Source of the DNA: Somniosus microcephalus
Lineage: Eukaryota
DNA length: 64,000 bases
Reading direction: 5' to 3'
Assembly: GCA_052327205.1 (NCBI GenBank)
Contig: CM126207.1
Span: forward strand, 180,048,001-180,112,000
Position numbers and translations under genes: made by a program
In this document: in pieces, positions 12,501 through 24,149 of the stretch
Layout: each line of letters starts with the position of its first letter
Numbering within the stretch: the first letter of the stretch is position 1
The notes under the pieces: model-generated
The model's input: the letters and a program-made list of their open reading frames with translations, nothing else
Told to the model about the DNA's origin: nothing
The model's database searches: none

Positions 12501-14825
12501 TCAAAGCTGTTGTGAAGGCTCCCGCTCCGGATAATGTATCCCAATTGAGGTCGTTTCTAGGGTTGATTAACTATTACCATAAGTTTCTGCCAAATTTATC
12601 CACGGTGCTGCACCCGCTGAACGCTCTTTTGCAGAAGGGAGTACCATGGAAGTGGAGCGAGGACTGTAAGAGGGCCTTTCGCGAAAGCAAGGCATTGATC
12701 ACCTCAGAGAAAGTGTTGGCTCACTTCAACCCAACGCTGCCTATTCGTTTGGCTTGTGATGCTTCTCCATATGGTCTTGGGGCAGTACTCTCACACAAGT
12801 TGCCAAATGGCCAGGAGAGGCCAGTTGCGTTCGCATCCAGATCATTGACCTCCGCTGAGCGCAACTATGCTCAGATAGATAGGGAGGCTCTCAGCCTTGT
12901 GTGGGGAGTAAAGAAGTTTAATCATTACCTGCAGGGCCAAAAGTTTACGCTTCTGACAGACCACCAGCCGTTGTATCCATTTTTAACCCTAAGAAGGGTG
13001 TTTCGGTGATGACAGCACAGAGACTCCAGAGATGGTCCCTTTTCCTAGGGGCACATCAATATCAGATAGAATTCAAAGCTACAAAGCAGCATGGTAATGC
13101 TGATGGGCTGTCGCGCCTGCCACTACCTACAGAGGAGGAGGCACCGACGGTTGACCCTGTTGAGTTATTTCACTCGACCATCATCGAATGTTTACCAGTC
13201 ACCAATGCAAGTATTGAAAGAGAAACCAGGAACGACCCGACACTGTCCAGGGTCTACGAAGTGACAGTGAAGGGATGGCCAGCACATGGTGATCCACTGC
13301 TACCGGCATTCTCAGCAAGACGAGAACAGCTGTCTGTCTGTCAAGGAACATTGATGTATGGAACAAGGGTGATTATTCCTCCTAAGTTAAGAGAGAGAGT
13401 TCTAAAGGAACTGCATGAAGGTCATCTGGGGGGAGTCAAGATGAAAAGCCTTGCTAGGGCTTATGTGTGGTGGCCGGGTATCGACCAACAGATAGAGGAG
13501 CTGACGAAAAGCTGCTCAGGGTGCCAAAAAGTGCAAAATGCACCTCCGATTGCACCGCTGCATCCATGGGAATGGCCTTCAACCCCATGGCAACGTGTAC
13601 ATATTGACTTTGCTGGTCCTTTCATGGACTCCATGTTTTTAATTGCGGTGGACGCACATTCTAAATGGCCAGAAGTGATTAAGATGACTACCACTACCTC
13701 GGAAAAGACGATCGCGGTGTTAAGAACGATATTTGCGAGAAATGGATTGCCAGAACAAATATGTTCAGACAATGGACCGCAGTTCGTGTCAGAAGAATTC
13801 CAGAGATTCATGAAGAAGAATGGGGTGAAACATTATACCTCTGCCCCATATCATCCGGCTACAAACGGGTTGGCCGAGAGATTTGTACAAACGTTTAAAA
13901 AAGCAATAAAGGCCATGAGCGAAGATCAGATTCCACTACAACACAAGGTGGACAAATTCCTACTGGCATATCGAAACGCCACTCATGCAGTGACAAACCA
14001 AAGTCCTGCCATGATGTTCTACAACAGGAGGTTGCGGTCCAGGTTGGACTTGTTAAAACCAAATGTGCAGAGGGAAGTTGAAAACAAACAGTTCCAGCAT
14101 ATAAATAACAAGACCACTTGGAGTTTCGAAATAGGACAACCAGTGTTAGCCCGGGACTATAAAAATGAGAAATGGCAATCTGGAACAATTCGGGCCAGAC
14201 AAGGACCCCTGATGTACACGGTAGATATTGGTGAAAATGTAATACGGCGTCATGCTGACCAACTGGTAGAATCGAGAACAAGGGTCGAACCCATGGTTAC
14301 GGCAGAGACAACCGTGAAAGAAGTTAGTGAACCTGAAGCATCTACCTCAGAAGTGAATGTACCTGATGATGATGTCCAATCCATAAGAGACCAACTAGAT
14401 GAGTCACCCCAGCAACGAGAATCAGAGACCCCTGAAAGGTGTTATCCAACTCGAATCAGGAGGCCTCCTCAGAGACTGAATCTTTGAACTGTTTTGCATG
14501 AAGTTGTATATATATATATATCTATATGTTATTATGTTATGTTAAATGGGGATATAACTGTTAAGCTAAAAAGGGAGGATTGTGGTGTATGTAACCTGTT
14601 CCACCTTAAGAGAACTACCTTAAGAGATATACTACTTTCTCTTGGCTGCTGTATACTGTAATACTGTAATACCGGTGGTGACCACACCGGTATATAAGTG
14701 TTGTGCAAGGATTTGCTGGGCAGTTCCGCCCTGACCTTCGAATAGTAAAGACCTGTTAAAAGTTATTCTTGTTGTCTGTGTCCAGTGATTGATCCTAAAC
14801 ATAACTGGAACATACAGACTCAACA
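9504..14825 (+). mobile_element. Ty3/Gypsy (Mag-like) LTR retrotransposon B, full-length, young
   Basis: 245-bp LTRs at 9504-9748 and 14581-14825 (1 difference seen), TSD GATGC, PBS TGGCGACGAG at 9750, PPT AAAAAGGGAGGA before 14581. Confidence 0.97.
10535..14487 (+). pseudogene. gag-pol of element B with one nonsense codon (11729) and one frameshift (about 12973)
   Basis: ORFs 10535-11731 (Gag-PR, LDTGS), 11732-13009 (RT YLDD, RNaseH) and 13006-14487 (IN, ending PPQRLNL). Collinear with element A. Confidence 0.93.
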
Positions 14826-14989
14826 GATGCCAAATGTGATGCCTTCCCAGGGTCGGACAGCCTGTCAGCAGCCATTCGGGCACAGTTGACTGTCACCTGT
14901 GGAATGGTATCCCAACAAGTCAATGCTTTCAGAAGAGGAGGAAGGGAGTGAAGGAAAGAAAAAACTACAAGGAAAAAGAACCAGGGGAA

Positions 14990-15230
14990 GATGAGAAGAT
15001 TTTTTTTACGTAGCGAGTTGTTATAATCTGGAATTCCCTGCCTGAAAGGATGGTGGAAGCAGATTCAGTCATAACTTTCAAAAGGAGGATAAATACTTGA
15101 AAAGGAAAAATCTGCAAAGTTATGGGGAAAGAACACGAGAGTGGGACTAATTGGATAACTCTTTCAAAGAACCGGCACAGGTACAAAGGGATGAATAGCC
15201 CCCTTCTGTGCTGTATGATTCTATGATTCT
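14990..15230 (+). mobile_element. CR1 3' end fragment
   Basis: FFT.RVV..WNSLP-type coding end and a TATGATTCTATGATTCT tail. Confidence 0.7.
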
Positions 15231-15789
15231 AACTTACCTCAGAAAAGGAGCAGAAAAATATGCTAACAAAAGAAACTTGAATTAATTAACAATCATCTGG
15301 TTCGGATCAGCAACCTCAATTAGCAGTGAAGTCTGAATTGCTGGTCATGAGCTGTCAGCCAGTAATGCATATTAAGTGTTAAGTCTGAATTTCTTTGTCG
15401 GGCTTGTCTCCAGGGAGATCTCAATGTGCAAATCACACCATAAAATTTGCTTGTCTTAGCAGTTTGTGCTGCCATGATATGAAAGGTTCTCTAAAGTACT
15501 TTGGGCATTGCATCACAGGGCATCTGGACTGCTCTCCTGCAGAGTAGCACCATCAATATTTGTAACACCTCTGCTGAGAGATACGACTGCAAATACTGTG
15601 ACGGTACAAGTGGCAATTCAGCCGAGCGCTTTTGGTGATGTCAGCAGCGTGAGAACTTTGGCGGTTTCATGCTCCAGGTTCTCAGGACATGCCTAGAACC
15701 TCTGACCGGAGAGTGCCTGGTGAGCACTACGAGCAAAGATCCAGCGTTACTGATCCACACCCATTCTTCTGGCCAGTAACACCAATTTA

Positions 15790-16808
15790 TAGGTCTGTCT
15801 CCGCCCCTGCCTCAGCTCATCTGCTGCTGAAACCCTCCTCCATGCCTTTGTTACCTCTAAACTCAACTATTCCAATGCACTCCTGGCTGGCCTCCCACCT
15901 TGCACCAGACATAAACTTGAGCTCATTCAAAACTCTGCTGCCCATATCCTAACTTGCACCAAGTCCCGTTCACACATCACCCCGTGCTTGCTGACCTACG
16001 TTGGCTCCCGGTCCGCCAATGCCTCAATTTTAAAATTTTCATCCTTATTTTCAATTCCCTCCATGGTCTCACCCCTCCTTATCTTTGTAACCTTCTCCAG
16101 CTCTAAAACCCTCTGAGATCTCTGCACTCCTCCACTTCTGATCTCTTGCGCATCCCCGATGTCCCACTCCAGACACCTGAGCACAGAAATCTAGGCTGAC
16201 ACTCCAATGCAGTACTGAGAGCGTGCTGCACTGTCGGAGGTGCCATCTTTCAGATGAGATGTTAAACCGAGGCCCCGTTTGCTCTTTCACATGGACGTAA
16301 AAGATCCCATGGCACTATTTTGAAGAGTTATCCCCGGTGTCCTGGCCAATATTTATCCCTCAATCAACATCACTAAAAAAAAGATTATCTGGTCATTAGC
16401 ACATTGCTGTTTGTGGGAGCTTGCTGTGCGCAAATTGGCTGCCGCGTTTCCCACATTACAACAGTGACTACACTTCAAATAGTACTTCATTGGCTGTAAA
16501 GTGCTTTGGGATGTCCTTGGTCGTGAAAGGCGCTATATAAATGCAAGTCTTTCTTTTTTCTTAGCTCCGCCATTGGCGGCTGTGCCTTCAGCTGCCTCGG
16601 CCCTTAGCTCTGCAATTCCCTCCCTAAACCTTTCCATCCCTCTCTCTAAGATACTCCTTAAAACTGACCTCTTTGACCAAGCTTTTGGTCACCTGCCCTA
16701 ATATCTCTGTATGTGGCTCAGTGTCAAATTTTATTTGATAACGCTCCTGTAAAGCACCTTGGGAAGTTTTACTACATTAAAGGTGCTATATAAATGAAAG
16801 TTATTGTA
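15790..16808 (+). mobile_element. L2-type LINE 3' fragment, interrupted by a SINE
   Basis: Degenerate AAETLLHAFVTS.L.YSNALLAGL, HITP.L and GG.AFS...NSLP motifs typical of the L2 ORF2 C-terminus. Confidence 0.7.
16163..16562 (+). mobile_element. Deu-type SINE
   Basis: CCCACTCCAGA...AAATCTAGGCTGACACTCCA body and GCGCTATATAAATGCAAGTCTTTC tail. Confidence 0.8.
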
Positions 16809-17151
16809 ACCGATTGGGAGTAGCATTAATAAATAGGAAGGCAACACTGAAGCTAAAGTTAATGCAATGTTAATTGTAATCTTCTCAGGCAATTCCACGT
16901 TGATTTTTTTTATTAATATCATTTGAGGATATAAATAATGAACAAGTAAGCGCTTTGCCTCTTTTACTGGAAATTAACCTTGATGGCAATAATTCTCTCA
17001 TAATTTTATTCCATGGTGAGGGGAAAAAAAAAAGTAATTATTGGTGTATTACTTTCAACATTTTTCTCTGCAATATGCAAGGCAAGGTTGCTGCTGTTTT
17101 ATTTCAGGACAGAGAGGTAAGGACTGCAGCAGTTTTGAGGTCCTAGAGGAA

Positions 17152-17557
17152 GAAAGACAAGAACTTGCATTTATATAGTGCCTTTCACGACCTCAGGATG
17201 CCCCAAAGCGCTTTACAGCCAATGAAGTACTTTCGAAGTGTAGTCACTGTTGTAATGTAGGAAACGCGGCAGCCAAATTGCTCACAGCAAGATCTCACAA
17301 ACAGCAATGTGCTAATGACCTGATCATCTGTTTTTAGTGCTGTTGGTTGAGAGATAAATATTGGCCAGGACACCAGGAGAACTCTCCTGCTCTTTTTCGA
17401 ATAGTGCCATGGGATCTTTTACATCCATCCGAAAGACCCCACCTCCAACAGTGCAGCACTCCCTCAGTACTGCACTGAAATGTCAGCCTAGATTATGTTC
17501 TCAAGTTTCTGGAGTGGGGCTTGAACCAACGGATTTACAGGTGAGAGCGCTGGCCCT
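17152..17557 (-). mobile_element. Deu-type SINE
   Basis: Reverse complement of the same SINE, with B-box-like GGTTCAAGCCCC at about 17515-17527. Confidence 0.8.
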
Positions 17558-17662
17558 CAGTTACATAGATACATAGATACATAGAAGATAGGAGCAGGAG
17601 TAGGCCATTCGGCCCTTCGTGCCTGCTCCGCCATTCGATGAGATCATGGCTGATCCTTTAAT

Positions 17663-20530
17663 TCAGTATCCCGTCCCCGCCTTCTCTCCGTAACCCTTAA
17701 CCCCTTTTGCCCGTAGAAATATATCTAATTCCCTCTTAAATATATTTAATGAGCTGGCGTACACTGCCCTCTGTGGCAATGAGTTCCACAGGTTCACCAC
17801 TCTCTGAGTGAAGAAATTCCCCCTCATCTCTGTCCTAAATGGTTTAGCCCTTATCCTTAAATTATGTCCTCTAGTTCTGTTCTCACCCGCCAAGGGAAAC
17901 ATTCCTTCTGCATCCAGTCTGTCTAGACCTGTCAGAATTTTATACACTTCTATGAGGTCCCCTCTCAATCTTCTAAACTCCAGTGTGTACATCCCTAAAC
18001 TACATAGTCTCTCCTCATAGGTCATTCCCGCCATTCCTGGTATCAGCCTGGTGAATCGCCGCTGCACCCCCTCCATGGCAAGAACATCCTTCCTCAGATG
18101 AGGCGACCAAAACTGTACACAGTACTCGAGGTGTGGTCTCACCAGTGCCCTGTACAGCTGCAGCAAGGTATCCCTGTTCCTGTATTCTAACCCTTTTGCT
18201 ATGAAGGCCAGCATACCGTTTGCCTTCTTGACCGCCTGTTGCACCTGCATGCTCGCCTTCAGTGACTGGTGTACAAGAACACCCAGGTCTCTCTGTACTT
18301 CCCCCTCTCCCAATCTATTGCCATTTAAATAATAATTTGCCCTCCCGTTCCTGCACCCAAGGTGGATAACTTCGCACTTGTCCACATTATAGTGCATCTG
18401 CCATTTATCCGCCCAATCGCCCAGTCTGTCCAAATCGCTCTGGAGCTTCCTGGTCTCTTCCTCTGAGCCCACCCCCCCTCCTAGTTTAGTGTCGTCTGCA
18501 AATTTGGAAATGCTGCATCCGACTCCCTGATCCAGGTCATTAATGTAAATTGTGAACAGCTGGGGGCCCAGGACAGATCCCTGTGGTACCCCACTTGTTA
18601 CTGCCTGCCATTCAGAAAATGAGCCGTTTATTCCAACTCTCTGTTTTCTATCTGACAGCCAGTTCCCTATCCACGCCAAAACTTTCCCCTTTATCCCATG
18701 AGCCTCAATTTTCCATGCTAATCTTTTATGTGGGACCTTATCGAAGGCCTTTTGGAAGTCCAGGTACACCACATCTACTGGCTCTCCCCCATCTATTCTA
18801 CCAGTTACTCCCTCAAAAAATTCCAATAGATTAGTCAAGCACGATTTACCCTTTGTAAATCCATGTTGACTCTGTCCTATCCTGTCCCCATTTGCTAAGT
18901 GCTCCGCTATTTCATCCTTAATGATGGACTCCAGCATTTTGCCCACAACTGATGTAAGGCTTACAGGTCTGTAATTACCTGCTTTTTCCCTACCCCCCTT
19001 TTTGAATAGTGGGGTAACGTTAGCTACCCTCCAATCCATCGGCACTGTTCCCGAGTCTAATGAATTCTGAAAAATCATCCTTAGTGCATCCGCTATCTCT
19101 AGGGCCACCTCCTTCAGTACCCTAGGATGCATGTTATCAGGCCCTGGGGATTTGTCCACCTTCACTCCCTTTAGCTTCCTTAACACCATATCCTTAGAGA
19201 TATTGATTTGCGTCAGTTCCTCCTTTGCCAATGTCCCTATTTTTCCCAATATCCCAGGGAGGTTTTTTGTGTCTTCCTTCGTAAAGACTGACCCAAAGTA
19301 TGCATTTAGTTGATCTGCCATTTCCTTATTTCCCATTATATATTCCCCCGTATCTGACTGCAATGGACCAACTTTGGTTTTCACCAGTCTTTTCCTTTTG
19401 ATATATTTATAAAAGCTTTTGGAGTTAGTTTTTATATTTTCCGCCAGCTTGTTTTCGTAAGCTATTTTGCCCCTCTTGATCATGCCCTTTGCCCTCCTTT
19501 GCTCTATCTTAAACTGTTCCCAATCTTCCGCTCTGGCGCTTTTTTTGGCTATTTTATACGCCCTATCTTTGGATTTTATGCTGTCTCTAATTTCCCCTGT
19601 TATCCACGGTTGAGTCACCTTTTTAGATTTCCTTTTATGCCAGATTGGTATAAACAATTTTTGCAATTTTGTCATTCTATCTTTAAATGTTTGCCATTGT
19701 TTATCTACCTCCAGTCCTCCCAGGAACGTTGTCCAATCAGACCTACTCAGTTCCCGTCTCATGGCATCATAATTCCCCTTGTTTAAATTCAGGACCTTAG
19801 TCTCTGAGTCAATTTCTTCGCTCTCCATTTCGAGTGAGAAATCGATCATGTTATGATCGCTCTGACCCAAGGGTCCCCGTACAACAAGATTACTGATTAG
19901 TCCCTTCTCATTGCACAGTACCCAGTCCAATATAGCCTGTTCCCGAGTTGGTTCCTCGACATATTGATCCAGATAACCATCCCTTAAACACTCAAGGAAT
20001 TCCTCCTCCTCATTATTTTTACTGATTAGGCTAGTCCAATCTATATGTAAGTTAAAGTCACCTATGATGACAGCTGTGCTCTTATTGCACGCTTCTCTAA
20101 TTTCCCTCGTGATGCCCTCCCTAACCTCTATTTTACTATTTGGAGGCCTATATACCACTCCTATTAATGTTTTTCGCCCCTCGCTATTTCTTAGCTCCAC
20201 CCATATAGATTCTGTATTAACTGAGTTAATATCCTTCTTTTCAATTGCATTTATCCCCTCTTTTACTAGCAATGCTACCCCTCCTCCCTTTCTTTTTTGT
20301 CGATCCTTCCTAAATACTGAATACCCCTGTATGTTAAGCTCCCAGCCCTGCTCACCCTGCAACCATGTTTCCGTAATCCCAATTAGATCATAATTATTAA
20401 CCTCTATTTCCACAGCTAATTCATCTACCTTGTTCCTGATGCTTCTCGCATTAAGGTATAAAACCCTCAGGCTTTTTTTATGCTCACATTTTTTATGAAT
20501 TAGTTTGGCCCTTTGTTTTTTGTTCCTCAC
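17663..20530 (-). CDS. CR1 ORF2, APE endonuclease plus reverse transcriptase, 955 aa, uninterrupted
   Basis: LYLNARS, GITETW, VYRPP, IGDFN and SDHN (EN); YRPVSLTS, PQGSVLGP and FADD (RT). Confidence 0.95.
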   Translation of the reverse strand: MRNKKQRAKLIHKKCEHKKSLRVLYLNARSIRNKVDELAVEIEVNNYDLIGITETWLQGEQGWELNIQGYSVFRKDRQKRKGGGVALLVKEGINAIEKKDINSVNTESIWVELRNSEGRKTLIGVVYRPPNSKIEVREGITREIREACNKSTAVIIGDFNLHIDWTSLISKNNEEEEFLECLRDGYLDQYVEEPTREQAILDWVLCNEKGLISNLVVRGPLGQSDHNMIDFSLEMESEEIDSETKVLNLNKGNYDAMRRELSRSDWTTFLGGLEVDKQWQTFKDRMTKLQKLFIPIWHKRKSKKVTQPWITGEIRDSIKSKDRAYKIAKKSARAEDWEQFKIEQRRAKGMIKRGKIAYENKLAENIKTNSKSFYKYIKRKRLVKTKVGPLQSDTGEYIMGNKEMADQLNAYFGSVFTKEDTKNLPGILGKIGTLAKEELTQINISKDMVLRKLKGVKVDKSPGPDNMHPRVLKEVALEIADALRMIFQNSLDSGTVPMDWRVANVTPLFKKGGREKAGNYRPVSLTSVVGKMLESIIKDEIAEHLANGDRIGQSQHGFTKGKSCLTNLLEFFEGVTGRIDGGEPVDVVYLDFQKAFDKVPHKRLAWKIEAHGIKGKVLAWIGNWLSDRKQRVGINGSFSEWQAVTSGVPQGSVLGPQLFTIYINDLDQGVGCSISKFADDTKLGGGVGSEEETRKLQSDLDRLGDWADKWQMHYNVDKCEVIHLGCRNGRANYYLNGNRLGEGEVQRDLGVLVHQSLKASMQVQQAVKKANGMLAFIAKGLEYRNRDTLLQLYRALVRPHLEYCVQFWSPHLRKDVLAMEGVQRRFTRLIPGMAGMTYEERLCSLGMYTLEFRRLRGDLIEVYKILTGLDRLDAEGMFPLAGENRTRGHNLRIRAKPFRTEMRGNFFTQRVVNLWNSLPQRAVYASSLNIFKRELDIFLRAKGVKGYGEKAGTGY

Positions 20531-20604
20531 CCTTTTACCATTTATTTCTGTCTGCCTTTCACTTTCCTCTATTTCACTACATAGGTTTCTAGCCCCCTGC
20601 CATA

Positions 20605-20791
20605 CTAGTTTAAATGCTCCCGAACTGCTTTATCAAAAATTACCCCGAGAACATCAGTTCCATCTCTGCACAGGTGTAGACCGTCCCTTTTGTATAGGTC
20701 ACACCTACCACAAAACTGGTTCCAATGCCTCAAAAATTTAAAACCCTCCCTCTTACACCACTGCTCAAGCCACGTATTTAGCCTAACTATC
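20605..20791 (-). pseudogene. CR1 ORF1 C-terminal SGNH/GDSL esterase fragment
   Basis: LNTWLEQWCKREGFKFLRHW...LYKRDGLHL lies immediately upstream of ORF2. Confidence 0.8.
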
Positions 20792-22901
20792 CAGTTGTGA
20801 GATAATTCTTGATTTCCACAGTGAGAAGGTACAGAGGAGGAAGGATTTGCCAGACAGAGCATTGGAACTCAGAAGGAATAAGATAGTTCAGAGAATCTGA
20901 ATCAGCGAATCATATGGCACTTTCCTAGTATAAGTAGTATTAATAAAGTAACTATATCAGTGTATTGGTCAGGAGATACTCGAGAGGTCATTTTCTGAGT
21001 TTGCACTTCCGACACTGAGCATCACACGTTGGCAGGACCTATCGGAACACTGAGAGTAGCACGGAAGACAGAGAGTAGCACTCCCTCCCAATTTTCCATT
21101 CACCAGAACTAATCGGCGCCACATCAAATGGGCTGCACCATGGACACACAGTCCCTAACGCCCATATTCCAATACGCATACGCTCTGCACTGGGAGAACA
21201 AACCCCAAAAATGACCCCTTTGACATCTGCTTTGGGATTTCTGGTCTCTCTATCGCCCAAGCTCAGTTCTGCACCTTAGGGTGGCTGGGGTGCTACATCT
21301 CGGAAGACCACCAAGCATGGGTAGGATGCTCAGAGCCCCCCGGCAAATAGCCGAAAACACACTGGTGATCATCACATACTTTACTTAATCTTTTCTTGTT
21401 GGTGACCAGCGAAGCAGTATTTTCATGTTTCTATTTTGTATTTACCATTATTTATTTTGTTGTGATTTGTTGTTTAAAAAATAAATTGGGAAAAGGTTGT
21501 TCAATGCTGGATAAATGCACGGTGAGGTGGCTCAGTTAGACACAGGCCTGCCCACTAACTTATTTATAGTGGGATGGGAAACACGTGGCGAAAGAAAGGT
21601 TTATGGTTTTCACAGAAATAGTGAGCAGCAAAGAACCTCGCCTGCCTCTTTGGTTGCAAACAGTCCCATTGCTGTGTGATTATAAATCTCACTCCTGGCA
21701 GTTCCCAGATGTTGCAGGCGTGCCCAAGCATCAGACCTTTAGTGTAAGTGTAAGTACCAGGAACGAGATGTACTTACACTTACACTGAAGGACTGACACT
21801 GGAGTAAGTACCAGGAATGAGGTATACTTACCCCAGTGTCAATCCTTCAGTGTGAGGGTAAGTCAAGGAATGAGGTGTACTTACCCCAATGTCAGTCCTT
21901 CAGTGTGAGGGTAAGTCAAGGAATGAGGTGTACTTACCCCAGTGTCAGTCCTTCAATGTGAGGGTAAGTCAAGGAATGAGGTGTACTTACCCCAATGTCA
22001 GTCCTTCAGTGTGAGGGTAAGTCAAGGAATGAGGTGTACTTACCCCAATGTCAGTCCTTCAGTGTGAGGGTAAGTCAAGGAATGAGGTGTATGTTGTGTA
22101 TGTAATATGTGTGCTACTTTGAACCTATGGACAGGACTGCACAACTTGTTGGGCGTAGTGATACGCAGTACCACTCCTGGCCATAGGGGTATAAATAGTA
22201 CTGTGGGTACTGATCTCCCCTCAGTTCCCGCCTGTGGGCATGAAGTAAAGACCTACGTATAGTCCCTACCTCCAACCAGTAAAGACCTGTTTTATTGTTA
22301 CTGATTAAGTCTGAGTATTAATTACTTGAACAACTCACAGATTTAACACTGGCGACGAGTCTGATTCGGACCCTGCGGCAGTCACTCCACGGCAGCTTCG
22401 TCCACAGCCAGGACGTTGCAGAGAGGTTTCCACCCTCTCCACCCCACTGGAAGACATCCTGACCTCGGAGCCTCCATCGGCGACCGTCAGCTTCTTCTCC
22501 AGCTTGGTGGTGGGTAAGCCGTTGTCTGAGCCGGGCAGCGACGCGACAGGCAGTCGACCGCGTTGGCCGCACGAACGGGGCTGGGGGAGCTGGAGGAATA
22601 GGGCGCGAGAGCCGCTTCGAGCGGGAGGCGTTTCAACAGAGCGATCGCATCTCCTGATAAGAGCCGAGAGCCGCTTCGCGATCCAGCGATCGCATCCGCT
22701 GATAAGGGCCGCACTCGGGCGATCGCGGCGAAGATAAGGGCCGCACTCGGGGGCTGAAGGGAGACGGCGTTGGGGGACGGGTGAAGACCGCCAAGCGCGG
22801 GAAAACCGCCATTTTGTGGGCAGAGGACGACGGCAAGAGCGGGAAGCCGCCATCTTGGATAGCAGTAAAAAAAAAAAAATCTGAGAAATTGCAAATCTAC
22901 A

Positions 22902-24149
22902 ATGCCTAAACACGGGAATATTAGCACCTTTGATAGTGACCTCGAAGATTGGGCCATATATGTTGAAAGAGTAAAAAATTATTGTAAGGCCAATAAAATT
23001 CGTGACCAAGATAAAGCTCTAACATTATTAAATTTAATGGGTGCGAAGACATACGGGCAATTGAAACACCTGTTATCACCAGATGAACCGGCGGATAAGA
23101 CGTTCGATGAGATTGTTACTGTCCTGAAAGATCATCTGAACCCCACGCCGCTGATGCTAGCGGAACGATTTAAATTTTACGACAGAAGGCAGCTACAGCA
23201 TGAAAGCAATGCTGATTATTTGCTGGAATTGCGTAAATTAGCGAAATATTGCCAGTTTGGAACGGGACTGACAGATGCACTACGAGACAAATTTGTGTGT
23301 GGTTTATTTAAACAGGATACACAAAAGCGACTGCTCGAGGAGAATGAGCTGACGCTTGAGAAGGCGGTCACTATGGCAGCAGCACACGAAGCCGCAGCGA
23401 GAGGCACGGCAGTAATGCAGCTACGGTCACCGGAGCTCAGTGCACACAAATTGGGTGTGAGTTCTGGCAAATGTTATCGTTGTGGAAAGACAACGCATGA
23501 TCAGAACCAGTGTTGGTTTAAAAACCAAGAATGTAGAACTTGTGGTAGGCTTGGACATATAGCTAGAGTATGCAGGTCAGGGAAGAAGACCAGCAACAAG
23601 AAGTCACCGCAAGGAAAATACGCAAAGGTACACAAGGTGACCGAACAGGAGTCCGATTCAGACGCTAGCAGTAATGAACTGGCTAGCTTAAGCTGTAATG
23701 AACTGGCTAGCTTAAGAGTACTCAACGCTGGTAAGGGTGCAGACCTCCAGACAATTTGGGTCACTCTTCAGATAGAAGGAGTCCAAGTAAAACTGGAATT
23801 GGACACTGGATCGGCATTGACGGTCATAAATAAGAAAGATTACGGAAAGTTATTCCAACATATTCCCCTACAGGATACGGGGATTATATTGGAAACATAC
23901 ACGGGGCAAAGAGTGTACCCCATCGGGAAAATAGAGGTTGCAGTGGTCCACAAGGGCGAAGACAGTCAAATAATGGACTTATATGTGATATCTGAAGGAG
24001 GTCCTCCACTACTAGGACGGGAGTGGATTAGGAAAATGAATATGGACTGGCATTTCCTACAAACAATAACGAGTGAGAACTCGGTGAAGATAGTCGGCCC
24101 AGACTCTGGAACGGATGATGGTAAGCCCAACTCAGGTGCAAAAGACTAA
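22902..24149 (+). CDS. gag: Gag-protease of element C (415 aa, open)
   Basis: Close homolog of element B Gag-PR, with two CCHC knuckles, LDTGS and LLGREW. Confidence 0.9.
   Translation: MPKHGNISTFDSDLEDWAIYVERVKNYCKANKIRDQDKALTLLNLMGAKTYGQLKHLLSPDEPADKTFDEIVTVLKDHLNPTPLMLAERFKFYDRRQLQHESNADYLLELRKLAKYCQFGTGLTDALRDKFVCGLFKQDTQKRLLEENELTLEKAVTMAAAHEAAARGTAVMQLRSPELSAHKLGVSSGKCYRCGKTTHDQNQCWFKNQECRTCGRLGHIARVCRSGKKTSNKKSPQGKYAKVHKVTEQESDSDASSNELASLSCNELASLRVLNAGKGADLQTIWVTLQIEGVQVKLELDTGSALTVINKKDYGKLFQHIPLQDTGIILETYTGQRVYPIGKIEVAVVHKGEDSQIMDLYVISEGGPPLLGREWIRKMNMDWHFLQTITSENSVKIVGPDSGTDDGKPNSGAKD

Larger units (their letters stand above)
17563..20791 (-). mobile_element. CR1 LINE with intact ORF2, 5'-truncated within ORF1
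   Basis: (TATCTATG)n tail at 17563, complete ORF2 and the ORF1 C-terminus. Candidate TSD CAGTT at 17558-17562 and 20792-20796. Confidence 0.95.
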
